This document shows positions 25,464-34,391 of a DNA stretch of 40,000 bases, piece by piece. A program made the position numbers and the translations under genes. The stretch is from Glaciecola sp. 33A (GTDB lineage Bacteria; Pseudomonadota; Gammaproteobacteria; Enterobacterales; Alteromonadaceae), in contig NZ_PJAR01000024.1 of the NCBI RefSeq assembly GCF_002836745.1, forward strand, positions 163,174-203,173. Reading direction: 5' to 3'. Each line of letters starts with the position of its first letter. Position 1 is the stretch's first letter. Below the pieces are notes generated by a model. That model saw only the letters and a program-made list of their open reading frames with translations, was not told the DNA's origin and ran no database searches.

Positions 25464-28082
25464 CTATTCAAACGAGATTTTGAAAGAGAGATACGCTTGT
25501 CGCCCCAATGCATTGTGGGTTAACGGATCATAACCACTTCGCGAAATAACATCAGGCGCTTGCTCATCAAATAAGTTTTTAACACCTAGAGTCAAAGCAG
25601 CAGGAGTACCTTCACCAAAAACAGCGCCTAGATCATAATTAAATTGCACATCAACTGTGGTATGGCTATCAACACTATTTTCAGAATTATCATCTTCATA
25701 ATCACTGACATAACGCACGAATACATTGCTTGAATGTAGATCACCCTTCCAAGCAACGCCTACAGCTCCACGAAGATCAGGCATAGGCACGCCAAAATTG
25801 GTAAAATTTCGTTTGTTTTTGCCATCAATATTACCCGCGATAGGGTCTTCAAGGTCGTAAGTTAAGACATAACTTGTATTAAGTGTAAGATTGACTTTAC
25901 CTATCTCAGTATCAAAGCTTTTAACAATAGATAAATCAATTCCGTCTGTTTCCAAAACACCAGCATTTCTGAAGAATGTGGTTACCGTCAATAATTGACC
26001 ACTGTTAGGATCTCGCTCAAGTTGAGGACCATTTGGATCATTAGCAACAAGTGCCGTAGCATTTTCCGGGGTAATAAATTTGTCATAGTCAAAGCGCCAG
26101 TAATCTATACTCGCTGAGAAATCATTATCAGGTAAAAACCAAGTTAGACCAAGGTTATAAGTGTCTGAGGTTTGCGCTTCTAATGAATTGTCTTGATCAC
26201 CTTCGGTTCTTGATGAAACTGTTGTTAAACCACCTGATACCGGGTCAAAAACCCGCGCTGGTACGGTCAAACCACCAACGGTTTGAAACAAAGAAGGCGC
26301 CTTAAATGATTCACCATAAGTTCCACGAAAACTAAGCTGATCAAACAACCAAATAAAACCAATTTTAGGATCTACCGTATCAAAATCACCTAAATCTTCA
26401 TACCGTAATGCCGCTTGAATATTCAAACCTTCTACCACAGGTATATCTAGTTCTACAAATGCTGCGTAAGTATCAGCATCAGTGGAAAAATCTTGATTTC
26501 CGCGGAAAAAATATAGGTTATCATTTTCTGCCTGTTCGCTATAATCATACTCCAGCTCACTTTTACGATACTGAATACCAGCAGCAAGGGCAATAGTGCC
26601 TTCAGGTACTTCAAATATTTCACCTGAAGTGTGAGCGTCAAACGTGGTTAATGTCGACGTTGCTTCAAAAGCATATAATCCTTGAAAATCTGCAATAACA
26701 CTAGGATCATTAACAGCACCAAATAGTGGGTTATAAAACAAATCATTATTAGGTCCGCCTTGGCCAAACAGGGCAGCTGTAAAACGATCAATTAAGGTAT
26801 CTTGAAGATTAGAATACTCATAAATGTTTTCACTATGCCCTAGTGCTGCTTGCCAACTCCAATTATCGTTAAAGTACCCATTAAAACCAAAAACAGCACG
26901 CCAGGTTTCTGATTTGATATCTACTTCGCTTGATGCTGAGCCTGAGCCACTAGGACGTCCAAAAAATAGTGCCCCTTGAGTATTACCCAAAGCCGCTGCT
27001 GATGGATTTGTTGGCGGAATAAAAGGTGGGAATAAAAGAGGTTGTGAAGGAGAGCCTTTTGTAAGTATCTTGTTGTCGCTATACCCTAGTTCCACAAACA
27101 ATGACGTTTCGTCAGACAGTTTGCTATTAAATTCAGCATAGACGTGGCTTCTTTCTTCTTCGGCGACCATACTAAAAAAATCACCGAAGTCAAAACCACA
27201 AAACCCAATAGGTGTGACACCTGTGGTAGTCCCTGGATTTTCAGCTGCTACTTGTTCACAGCTCGGATCTGCAACACGTTGAGGAGCCCCGGCAGGTTGA
27301 AAAACTAAAAAAGTCCCTGGGTGGCCAAAGTTACTAGTGGCATCTCTTAGTTCAAATTCATCGCTACGATCGGCGGCTGACAATGGAGATCTGTCGAAGT
27401 AACTGGCCGCAAAAATTAAGTTACTGTCATCAAATTCATGCCCATATAAGACACTGAATTGACCATCATGCTGGCTATCACTAGTGGTTGCTTTATAATC
27501 TACATTAAATTCTAGACCAACGAAGTCGCTTTTCGTCTTGAAGTTAGCTACACCTGCCACCGCATCAGAGCCATATAACGATGAGGCGCCATCCTTTAAA
27601 ATTTCGACTCGGCCAATAGCAATGGTCGGTACCAATGAGTTTAAATCAGTAAATTGATCACCATTTAATGTTGTAGCTGCTGTATTGACTTGGCGTCGAC
27701 CATTTAATAACGTCAGTGTTGAACTTACCCCTAAACCCCGCAAATTAATATTAGACGTACCTAGGGAAAAGGTTTGATTAAAGCCATCGTTATTATTTTG
27801 TGCCCCTGCATTAACGGATAATGAACTTACAATATCAACAGCGTTAAACGCGCCTATTTTTTCGATATCATCAGCATCAAGTATTTCAACGGGGGATGGC
27901 CTATCGGCTTGTTCCTGACGTCTTATATAACTGCCGATAACGGAAATTAATTCGACTTCTTTTTTAGCAACTTTTTCATCAGACTTTGGTGGTTCTGCTG
28001 CAAGTGCTGATGATACAGCTATTGCAGACGTTACTAAAATTGTCGCTAATTTTGATGTTGTATTTATTTTAGAATTATTCAC
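25464..28082 (-). CDS. TonB-dependent outer-membrane receptor embedded in the catabolic operon
   Basis: 872-aa ORF with a GTG start and GAGGAG RBS, and signal peptide ...AVSSALA/AE. A TonB-box-like VELISVIGSYI and the plug motifs NLRGLG...LTLLNGRR...GASSLYGSDAVAGVANF are present. The C-terminus is ...AYLSFKISFE. Confidence 0.9.
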   Translation of the reverse strand: MNNSKINTTSKLATILVTSAIAVSSALAAEPPKSDEKVAKKEVELISVIGSYIRRQEQADRPSPVEILDADDIEKIGAFNAVDIVSSLSVNAGAQNNNDGFNQTFSLGTSNINLRGLGVSSTLTLLNGRRQVNTAATTLNGDQFTDLNSLVPTIAIGRVEILKDGASSLYGSDAVAGVANFKTKSDFVGLEFNVDYKATTSDSQHDGQFSVLYGHEFDDSNLIFAASYFDRSPLSAADRSDEFELRDATSNFGHPGTFLVFQPAGAPQRVADPSCEQVAAENPGTTTGVTPIGFCGFDFGDFFSMVAEEERSHVYAEFNSKLSDETSLFVELGYSDNKILTKGSPSQPLLFPPFIPPTNPSAAALGNTQGALFFGRPSGSGSASSEVDIKSETWRAVFGFNGYFNDNWSWQAALGHSENIYEYSNLQDTLIDRFTAALFGQGGPNNDLFYNPLFGAVNDPSVIADFQGLYAFEATSTLTTFDAHTSGEIFEVPEGTIALAAGIQYRKSELEYDYSEQAENDNLYFFRGNQDFSTDADTYAAFVELDIPVVEGLNIQAALRYEDLGDFDTVDPKIGFIWLFDQLSFRGTYGESFKAPSLFQTVGGLTVPARVFDPVSGGLTTVSSRTEGDQDNSLEAQTSDTYNLGLTWFLPDNDFSASIDYWRFDYDKFITPENATALVANDPNGPQLERDPNSGQLLTVTTFFRNAGVLETDGIDLSIVKSFDTEIGKVNLTLNTSYVLTYDLEDPIAGNIDGKNKRNFTNFGVPMPDLRGAVGVAWKGDLHSSNVFVRYVSDYEDDNSENSVDSHTTVDVQFNYDLGAVFGEGTPAALTLGVKNLFDEQAPDVISRSGYDPLTHNALGRQAYLSFKISFE

Positions 28083-28131
28083 TTTTATCTCCTCAAACCA
28101 TGTTTTAGAATGATATTATCGACCATAATAT

Positions 28132-28143
28132 AAACATTGTTTT
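28132..28143. promoter_or_regulatory. AAACATTGTTTT palindromic motif, site 1
   Basis: The core is AAACA-T-TGTTT. It lies 50-61 bp upstream of the receptor GTG, inside the 246-bp AT-rich gap of the operon. Confidence 0.35.
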
Positions 28144-28328
28144 ATCTGTGATACAGTATTGTTTAATTATAATTACAATTATCATCTTCATTTTTATAAA
28201 TATTTTTCACTTAACTCAGAACATCATTAAGATATTAACGACAACGACCAAGGTCCTAAAATTCCGTTAAAATTAGTGTCTATCGTAATATTTAATGATG
28301 CTTACAAAACATACTCTCTTTTTACAAA

Positions 28329-28643
28329 CTAATTTTGTGCTACGTAGACAATAAGTCCATCTAACGCATCAGTAACTTCTACTTGACAGGTTAAACGACT
28401 ATTAGCTTTATTACCGACCACGTTTTCAAGCATAAATTCTTCCATGTCATCTTTTTTCGGTATTTTATCAAGCCATTCTGGCGCAATAAAGCTATGGCAA
28501 GTTGCACAGGCACATGCCCCTCCGCACTCAGCAACAATACCTTCAATTCCATTATTTACTGCCCCATCCATGATTGATGAACCACTTTCTACTTCAACTT
28601 CATGCCGGTTACCGTCTTCTGTAATATAAATTATGTTGGCCAT
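28329..28643 (-). CDS. [2Fe-2S] ferredoxin, adrenodoxin/putidaredoxin type
   Basis: 104-aa ORF with the Cys motif CGGACACATCH plus the distal Cys in RLTCQV. Confidence 0.85.
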   Translation of the reverse strand: MANIIYITEDGNRHEVEVESGSSIMDGAVNNGIEGIVAECGGACACATCHSFIAPEWLDKIPKKDDMEEFMLENVVGNKANSRLTCQVEVTDALDGLIVYVAQN

Positions 28644-28687
28644 AATATTCCTACTTAATCTTTAATTAAGGTACCTTGTTTAACTGA

Positions 28688-29767
28688 TTACTCTGACTGG
28701 CTATGCAATACTACTTGTACGTTTTGTTTTTTATGATCCATCAATGCCTTCACTTGGACTCTCGCCGCTTTAGCAATTTCAAAGCGAATGCGGGATACAC
28801 CTAAATCATGTTGATAGAGAAACTCATTATCTCGAGCATCGGGATCAAGCGCTTCAAGTAGAACCCTGTCTTGCTCAAGTACATCCCAATGACGCCCTTC
28901 AGTTCTATTTTTATACATGAAGTGCCACAAATCTTTTATCCAGCCTTCTACTTTTCTAACTCGCCAAAAATAAACCTGACAAGTATTTTCATCAATAGGT
29001 GTTGCAAAACCAATGATTGCAAAATTACCGCCTGGTCCAACCTTCTTTTGATAAGGTATTGCAAGTCTAAGCCAATGTGTACCAGTATCGCCGAATTCTA
29101 CCCAGTCAAAATTCATTCCCGTTTGACCTTCTTTTTCAAAAAGCCAACCGTTCTTAGTTTTCTCTAATCGCATTTTGGCTTTTTTCTCACCCCAAGCCAT
29201 AGTATGAGAATCGCCATGCAGATAAGCACCATGCATTGGGTCCATCACATTATCAATGGCATAGCGGTAACTGGTTTTCCAGATAGCGGTACAGAGGAAT
29301 GATGAATACTCTTCTTTAACAAGTTCATCCGGTAATTCTAAGGCTACTGGCTCAGGGTTAAGTTCGTCGCCAAAATAAGCAAAAATAGCGCCCTTTATTT
29401 CTTGAATTGGGTAACTATGATTTTTCTTAGTATGCTCCATTGGGCAGTTATCAACCGCGGGTACGTTTACTACCATGCCATCTTTATCTACTTCGATGCC
29501 ATGATACCAACAAGCGAGCTTATCACCCTTGTTTATGCCTAGTGACATACGTGCACCACGGTGTGGACAACTATCTGAAATCGCGTGTACATTGCCGTCA
29601 TTATCTCGCCATACAGCAATTTTTTCACCTAAACGTGTGATACCTACTGGTGTATTTTTTACCCCCCAACTAGGCAGTATTGGGTACCATAAGTTTTTAA
29701 CACCTAAACTAATACGTTGTTCGACTAATTTATCGAACTCATCATTAGTTATAGTTTGATCCGACAT
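28688..29767 (-). CDS. Rieske non-heme iron oxygenase, alpha-only (phthalate/CarAa/KshA-like family)
   Basis: 359-aa ORF with the Rieske motif CPHRGARMSLG...CWYHG and the mononuclear iron motif DNVMDPMHGAYLH. PIDENT is shared with CarAa-type enzymes. No beta-subunit gene is adjacent. Confidence 0.9.
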   Translation of the reverse strand: MSDQTITNDEFDKLVEQRISLGVKNLWYPILPSWGVKNTPVGITRLGEKIAVWRDNDGNVHAISDSCPHRGARMSLGINKGDKLACWYHGIEVDKDGMVVNVPAVDNCPMEHTKKNHSYPIQEIKGAIFAYFGDELNPEPVALELPDELVKEEYSSFLCTAIWKTSYRYAIDNVMDPMHGAYLHGDSHTMAWGEKKAKMRLEKTKNGWLFEKEGQTGMNFDWVEFGDTGTHWLRLAIPYQKKVGPGGNFAIIGFATPIDENTCQVYFWRVRKVEGWIKDLWHFMYKNRTEGRHWDVLEQDRVLLEALDPDARDNEFLYQHDLGVSRIRFEIAKAARVQVKALMDHKKQNVQVVLHSQSE

Positions 29768-29798
29768 TGGTTGCTCCTTCTCTTACATATGTGTAAAT

Positions 29799-30098
29799 TT
29801 ACTGCTTTGCCAAATGAGACAATTCTAGTGTGAAGTTTTCTTCGGTGAATTCATTGCCATCTCTGTTATTAATACCTAATGTATTAAGCTTAGCGACTAT
29901 TTCAGCTAATTCGTGTGTTTCTGCTAAGACGGTCTCTAACGCATCACCTAAATTATTTTCATACTCAGTTGGCAGCGCCGAACGAGTTTGCCAAACAAGA
30001 TTATCAATATGATCATAGGTTTCAATAGAGCCTTTGGCTGGCCTGGTCTCAAGCCTAATTTGCTGCCAAAGTACTAAATTTTCATTATAGTCTTTCAT
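29799..30098 (-). CDS. small acidic hypothetical protein
   Basis: 99-aa ORF packed tightly between the MFS gene and the Rieske oxygenase gene (31-bp gap). It has no signal peptide or TM segment. Confidence 0.6.
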   Translation of the reverse strand: MKDYNENLVLWQQIRLETRPAKGSIETYDHIDNLVWQTRSALPTEYENNLGDALETVLAETHELAEIVAKLNTLGINNRDGNEFTEENFTLELSHLAKQ

Positions 30099-30193
30099 TT
30101 TTTCTTCTCCATCTCATAGTGGTTAATAAAAAATATATTTATAGAGCGAATATTATTTTGTAACTATTCAGTTAATAATTATTACTCTTACTG

Positions 30194-31471
30194 CTATGTA
30201 TTTATACCCTTATTAATTTTCATTTCCTTTGAATTACTTGACTCATGGGTCGGGTATGGGCTCATCAGTGAAAACAAAATACAGGAAAATATACTCATTC
30301 CGCAGCCAATAGCTAGTATATGTTGATATGATCCCCAGTGTTCAAAACTTAAACCCAACATGTAAGGACCAATACCTGCGCCTAATAAAAAACCAGCTAA
30401 TACATAACCATAAATTTGAGCAAAAGACTTCAAACCAAAATAACGACCAACTAAATACCCAATTAAATCACTTTCAGCACCAAAGCCTAGACCGATTAGA
30501 AATATAGCCAGTAGTTGAAGGGGCATTGTGTCAGCATCAATCAATATTCCTAAACCTAAAGCCGCGAGGGAAAAAAATAAAATGGCAACATACGGTGCGA
30601 AAAATCGGTCTAATAAATATCCAACTAAAATTCGACCAAAAAAAGTTGCTAGCCCCATAAAACCAGCAGCACTCGCTGCCATCGTTGCCGTTAATCCACG
30701 GTCTTTTAGTAATGGGACTATGTGGGGTAGTAAGCCAGTCAAGAAAGCCGACATAATAGTTATTCCTGCACACATTAGCCAAAAGTTACGCTTTCTTAAT
30801 GCTTCACTAGCCAACAAACCTAACAACGCAGGTCTTTCTGTTACTGTAATATTTCTATCATCAGGTTCATTTCGAATGATAAAGCTTACCAAAGGTAATG
30901 ATATCAGCATCACCAACGCTGCTAATGTATAATACGTGGATTGCCAATCCGTAATATTCAGTAATGATTGCGTTAAAATAGGCATAACCATATAACCTAA
31001 ACCCATACCTGATGCCGCAATACCGATACTGATCCCTCGCCGTTTATTAAACCAAGATGATAGGAGTCTTACATAAGCGATACTTTGGGCCCCTGTTGAA
31101 GCAACACCTGCGATAAAGGTAAGAGTGTAAAAAACATTTAAAGAATGTAGGCTTGAAGGCACAAGCGCTAATGCCAGTCCCATCAGCGCTATCGACGGGA
31201 TTAATACTTTTTTTACCCCTAAACAATCAATTAAACGGCCAATAAATGGTGCTACAAGAATGGGAGATAAAGTAAAAATAGTAAGGGCGAGCATTAATTC
31301 AGAACGCCCCCAGCTATATTCTTGCTGTAGAGGTAACAACATAACACCAAGTGTGCCATACATAAGTGGCCCCGGACTGAACATCATTCCAACCACACAG
31401 ACAAATAGTATTTTCCAACCAAAATAAGATTTAGAATCTTCATTTTCTAAAGATGATTGAGCATTTTTCAA
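30194..31471 (-). CDS. MFS transporter
   Basis: 425-aa ORF with about 12 hydrophobic segments and a GRLIDCLGVKK-type loop 2-3 motif. It is the first gene of the minus-strand operon. Confidence 0.85.
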   Translation of the reverse strand: MKNAQSSLENEDSKSYFGWKILFVCVVGMMFSPGPLMYGTLGVMLLPLQQEYSWGRSELMLALTIFTLSPILVAPFIGRLIDCLGVKKVLIPSIALMGLALALVPSSLHSLNVFYTLTFIAGVASTGAQSIAYVRLLSSWFNKRRGISIGIAASGMGLGYMVMPILTQSLLNITDWQSTYYTLAALVMLISLPLVSFIIRNEPDDRNITVTERPALLGLLASEALRKRNFWLMCAGITIMSAFLTGLLPHIVPLLKDRGLTATMAASAAGFMGLATFFGRILVGYLLDRFFAPYVAILFFSLAALGLGILIDADTMPLQLLAIFLIGLGFGAESDLIGYLVGRYFGLKSFAQIYGYVLAGFLLGAGIGPYMLGLSFEHWGSYQHILAIGCGMSIFSCILFSLMSPYPTHESSNSKEMKINKGINT

Positions 31472-31567
31472 TGTTAACTCCTTTGCTGTAGATTTGATCG
31501 CATATGCATATGTAACTAACTTGTTTACAGAATAACCTTTTCTTTAACATTAATTCCACTATAAATA

Positions 31568-31579
31568 AAAACAATGTTT
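31568..31579. promoter_or_regulatory. AAAACAATGTTT, the reverse complement of the AAACATTGTTTT motif, site 2
   Basis: It lies 97-108 bp upstream of the MFS start. Confidence 0.35.
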
Positions 31580-31830
31580 CCGATATAAAACAACCGTAAA
31601 CCTGTACAATACTAAAGTCAAGTAAAATGTACATCTGCAACATCTGTACATCTGTAACAAAAGCAACAATATACAATATACAATAACTAATTGATAATAA
31701 GAGGATTTATAGGAGTAATAAAAACAAAATCTATATGTTAAATTATATCTCTCCTTACAAAAACAAGGTATTTAGCTTAAATTACTTACTTGACAATTAA
31801 ACAAAGTAACTTAATATTAGTTCGCATATA

Positions 31831-31842
31831 AAACATTGTTTT
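31831..31842. promoter_or_regulatory. AAACATTGTTTT palindromic motif, site 3
   Basis: It lies 68-79 bp upstream of the ThDP-enzyme GTG start. The extended 13-nt palindrome is aaaaca-t-tgtttt. Confidence 0.35.
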
Positions 31843-31909
31843 TAATTTTACGTATTTTGGACTAACAAATAGTGAATTAAAACGTGAGCTTAATCAGGAG
31901 ATAATTATC

Positions 31910-33586
31910 GTGAATAGTAAAAATGATGAATTCCAACAATACGGAACTGTTGGAGAGTTAATAGCAAAATTTTTAACTGCTTGTGAACTAAGAGCTGCTT
32001 TTGGTGTTATCAGTATTCATAATATGCCAATTCTAGATGCATTCGCCAAATACGGTGAAATTAACTTTGTACCAAGTAGAGGTGAAGCTGGTGGTGTTAA
32101 TATGGCAGATTCCTATGCTCGAGTGAGTGGAAACCTTGGGGTTGCCGTTACAAGTACTGGTACTGCCGCGGGCAATGGTGCAGGCGCACTAGTTGAAGCA
32201 CTTACTGCCGGCACACCTTTATTACATATTACCGGCCAAATAGAATCAGAACATATTGACCGTGATCGTGCTTATATTCATGAAGCACCTTTTCAACTGA
32301 AAATGTTACAGGCAGTATCAAAAGCGGCATTTCGAATTTGGTCTCCTGAAAGTGCTCTTGGGATATTACGAGAAGCGGTGCAATGCGCATTAACACCTCC
32401 TCGTGGCCCTGTTAGCATCGAGATCCCTATTGACGTACAAAAAGCACAAGTTAAGTTCCCTACAAATATTTCTCCTTTGCCTATTGTTGAGGCCCCATTG
32501 CCTAATGATCAAGTTGAACAGTTGGTTGCACAATTTAAAAACGTAAAAAGACCCATGTTATGGCTTGGTGGTGGCTCTAGACATGCCTTTAAAGCAGCCG
32601 AACGTTTAGCCAATATGGGTGTTGGTATTGTTACTAGTACTAACGGTCGAGCAGTTGTTAGTGAAGACCACCCCATGTCAATCGGAGCATTCAATGCCAC
32701 TCCTTTTTCCGAAGACCTGTACAAAAGTATCGATCTAATGGTCGTGGTGGGCTCTCGTTTAAGAAGTAATGAAACATGGAATTACCAACTTGGTTTACCG
32801 AAAAATTTAGTAGTGGTTGATTTGGATGCGAAAGCCGATGGAAAAACGTATAAAAATAATGGTTTTATCTATGCGGACAGTAAGAAATTATTAGAGTCTT
32901 TAGCTGACCGTTTGGAGGGACAGCTTAACATTGATCCAACCCTAGCAAAAAGCATTGAGCAAACTCGTCAAAAATCTGAAGCTGAGTTACGCAAAGGTTT
33001 AGGTCCTTACAGTGATTTAGTTACCCAATTGCAAGAGTTATATACTAATGAGATGCCTTGGGTTCGTGATGTTACACTTTCAAACAGTATGTGGGGAAAT
33101 CGTTTACTCAAAATAGCAGACCCGTTGAATGGTGTTCATGCGCTTGGTGGTGGTATCGGCCAAGGATTACCTATGGGTATAGGTGCTGCCGTTGCAGCAG
33201 GTGGTAGAAAAGTAATTACTTTAACCGGAGATGGCGGGCTTAACCTTTGTATTGGTGAAATTGCTACTGCTGCTCAAGAAAAAGTAAATATGACTTTACT
33301 GATTATGAACGATTCAGGGTATGGCGTAATACGTAATATTCAAGATGCTGATTATGGATGTCGCCAACACTACTCTTCAATTCAAATACCTGACTATGGC
33401 TTAATCAGTAAATCTGTTGGCATTCCTTTTTTTAGAGTGAGTTCAATTGCTGATTTTAAAGAAATAATGAAGCAAGCTTTAGAAATTAATGGCCCTGCTG
33501 TTGTTGAAGTAGACATGGTTAAAATCGGTCCATTTAGCGCCAATTTTGCAGGTCCACCGAAGCGTATTAAAGCAGGTGAGGCATGA
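31910..33586 (+). CDS. thiamine-diphosphate-dependent enzyme (acetolactate-synthase / 2-oxoacid-decarboxylase superfamily)
   Basis: 558-aa ORF with a GTG start and AGGAG RBS. It has the catalytic Glu region SRGEAGGVNMADSYAR and the ThDP-binding motif GDGGLNLCIGEIATAAQEKVNMTLLIMND. Confidence 0.85.
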   Translation: MNSKNDEFQQYGTVGELIAKFLTACELRAAFGVISIHNMPILDAFAKYGEINFVPSRGEAGGVNMADSYARVSGNLGVAVTSTGTAAGNGAGALVEALTAGTPLLHITGQIESEHIDRDRAYIHEAPFQLKMLQAVSKAAFRIWSPESALGILREAVQCALTPPRGPVSIEIPIDVQKAQVKFPTNISPLPIVEAPLPNDQVEQLVAQFKNVKRPMLWLGGGSRHAFKAAERLANMGVGIVTSTNGRAVVSEDHPMSIGAFNATPFSEDLYKSIDLMVVVGSRLRSNETWNYQLGLPKNLVVVDLDAKADGKTYKNNGFIYADSKKLLESLADRLEGQLNIDPTLAKSIEQTRQKSEAELRKGLGPYSDLVTQLQELYTNEMPWVRDVTLSNSMWGNRLLKIADPLNGVHALGGGIGQGLPMGIGAAVAAGGRKVITLTGDGGLNLCIGEIATAAQEKVNMTLLIMNDSGYGVIRNIQDADYGCRQHYSSIQIPDYGLISKSVGIPFFRVSSIADFKEIMKQALEINGPAVVEVDMVKIGPFSANFAGPPKRIKAGEA

Positions 33587-34374
33587 TTAAAATTGGCCTA
33601 ATAGGCTTTGGTGCAATCGGTCGGTGTGTGATCGAAACACTCCCCAAAGCGTTAACTGAAGAATATGAAGTTATCGGTATCCTAACTAGAAAAGCTGCTG
33701 ACAATTGGGTGAATAATATTCCCTCTTATAGCGATATAGACCAGTTACTTGCAAAACAACCCGACATTATTGTCGAATGTGCGGGTCATCATGCGGTTAA
33801 AGAATATGGTTGTAAAATATTAGAAGCCAATATATCACTCGTTATATCATCCATTGGTGCCTTAGCTGATAGTGTTTTATATCAACAACTTAAAGATTCA
33901 TCTACGGCTAGTAAGGCAAAAATATATCTGCCGGCTGGCGCCATTGGTGGTATTGATGCCCTTGTTGCCGCAAAACTTGGCGGGATTCACGATGTCACTT
34001 ATACCATGCGAAAGCCTCCCAAGGCTTGGCAAGGTTCGGTTGCTGAGACGGTGGTTGACTTGAATAGTCTTAAGCAGGCAACCGTTATTTTTTCTGGCTC
34101 TGCCGGTGAAGCAGCAACACTTTACCCTAAAAACACCAATGTAACTGCAACCATTGCGTTAGCGGGATTAGGTTTTGATGAGACAAAAGTAGAATTAATT
34201 GCAGATCCCAACATTATTGACAATATACACGAAATATCGGTATCCGGTGAAACAGGGTATTTTACCATTGTATTAAAAGGAAAACCCTCTGTGTATAACC
34301 CAAAAACTTCAGCATTAACGGCTTTTAGTGTCACTAAGTGCGTTGCTGATTTTGGCTCATCGATCATTATTTAA
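33583..34374 (+). CDS. aspartate-dehydrogenase-domain (NadX-like) NAD(P) oxidoreductase
   Basis: 263-aa ORF whose ATG overlaps the upstream stop (ATGA). It has the N-terminal Rossmann sequence IGLIGFGAIGR and a KNTNVTATIALAG region typical of the NadX family. Confidence 0.7.
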   Translation: MIKIGLIGFGAIGRCVIETLPKALTEEYEVIGILTRKAADNWVNNIPSYSDIDQLLAKQPDIIVECAGHHAVKEYGCKILEANISLVISSIGALADSVLYQQLKDSSTASKAKIYLPAGAIGGIDALVAAKLGGIHDVTYTMRKPPKAWQGSVAETVVDLNSLKQATVIFSGSAGEAATLYPKNTNVTATIALAGLGFDETKVELIADPNIIDNIHEISVSGETGYFTIVLKGKPSVYNPKTSALTAFSVTKCVADFGSSIII

Positions 34375-34391
34375 ATTTATAGGAGTTTACA

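Noticed and set aside
28444-30932. Antisense or out-of-frame ORFs in the catabolic operon: 26408..26596, 26453..26641, 28444..28629, 28871..29167, 29440..29640, 29529..29759, 29830..30012, 30528..30932 and 30537..30782.
   Set aside because: Each overlaps a gene with diagnostic motifs on the other strand or frame, and none has independent support.
31440-31676. 78-aa minus-strand ORF in the MFS/ThDP intergenic region.
   Set aside because: It overlaps the MFS start and runs through extremely AT-rich repeat DNA. Its composition is low-complexity, it has no RBS, and it is more plausibly regulatory DNA.
31628-31690. Checked whether the short tandem and direct repeats here, or anywhere else in the window, could be a CRISPR array.
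   Set aside because: Repeat units are only 7-10 bp, with no regular 25-40 bp repeat-spacer periodicity, and no cas genes are present.
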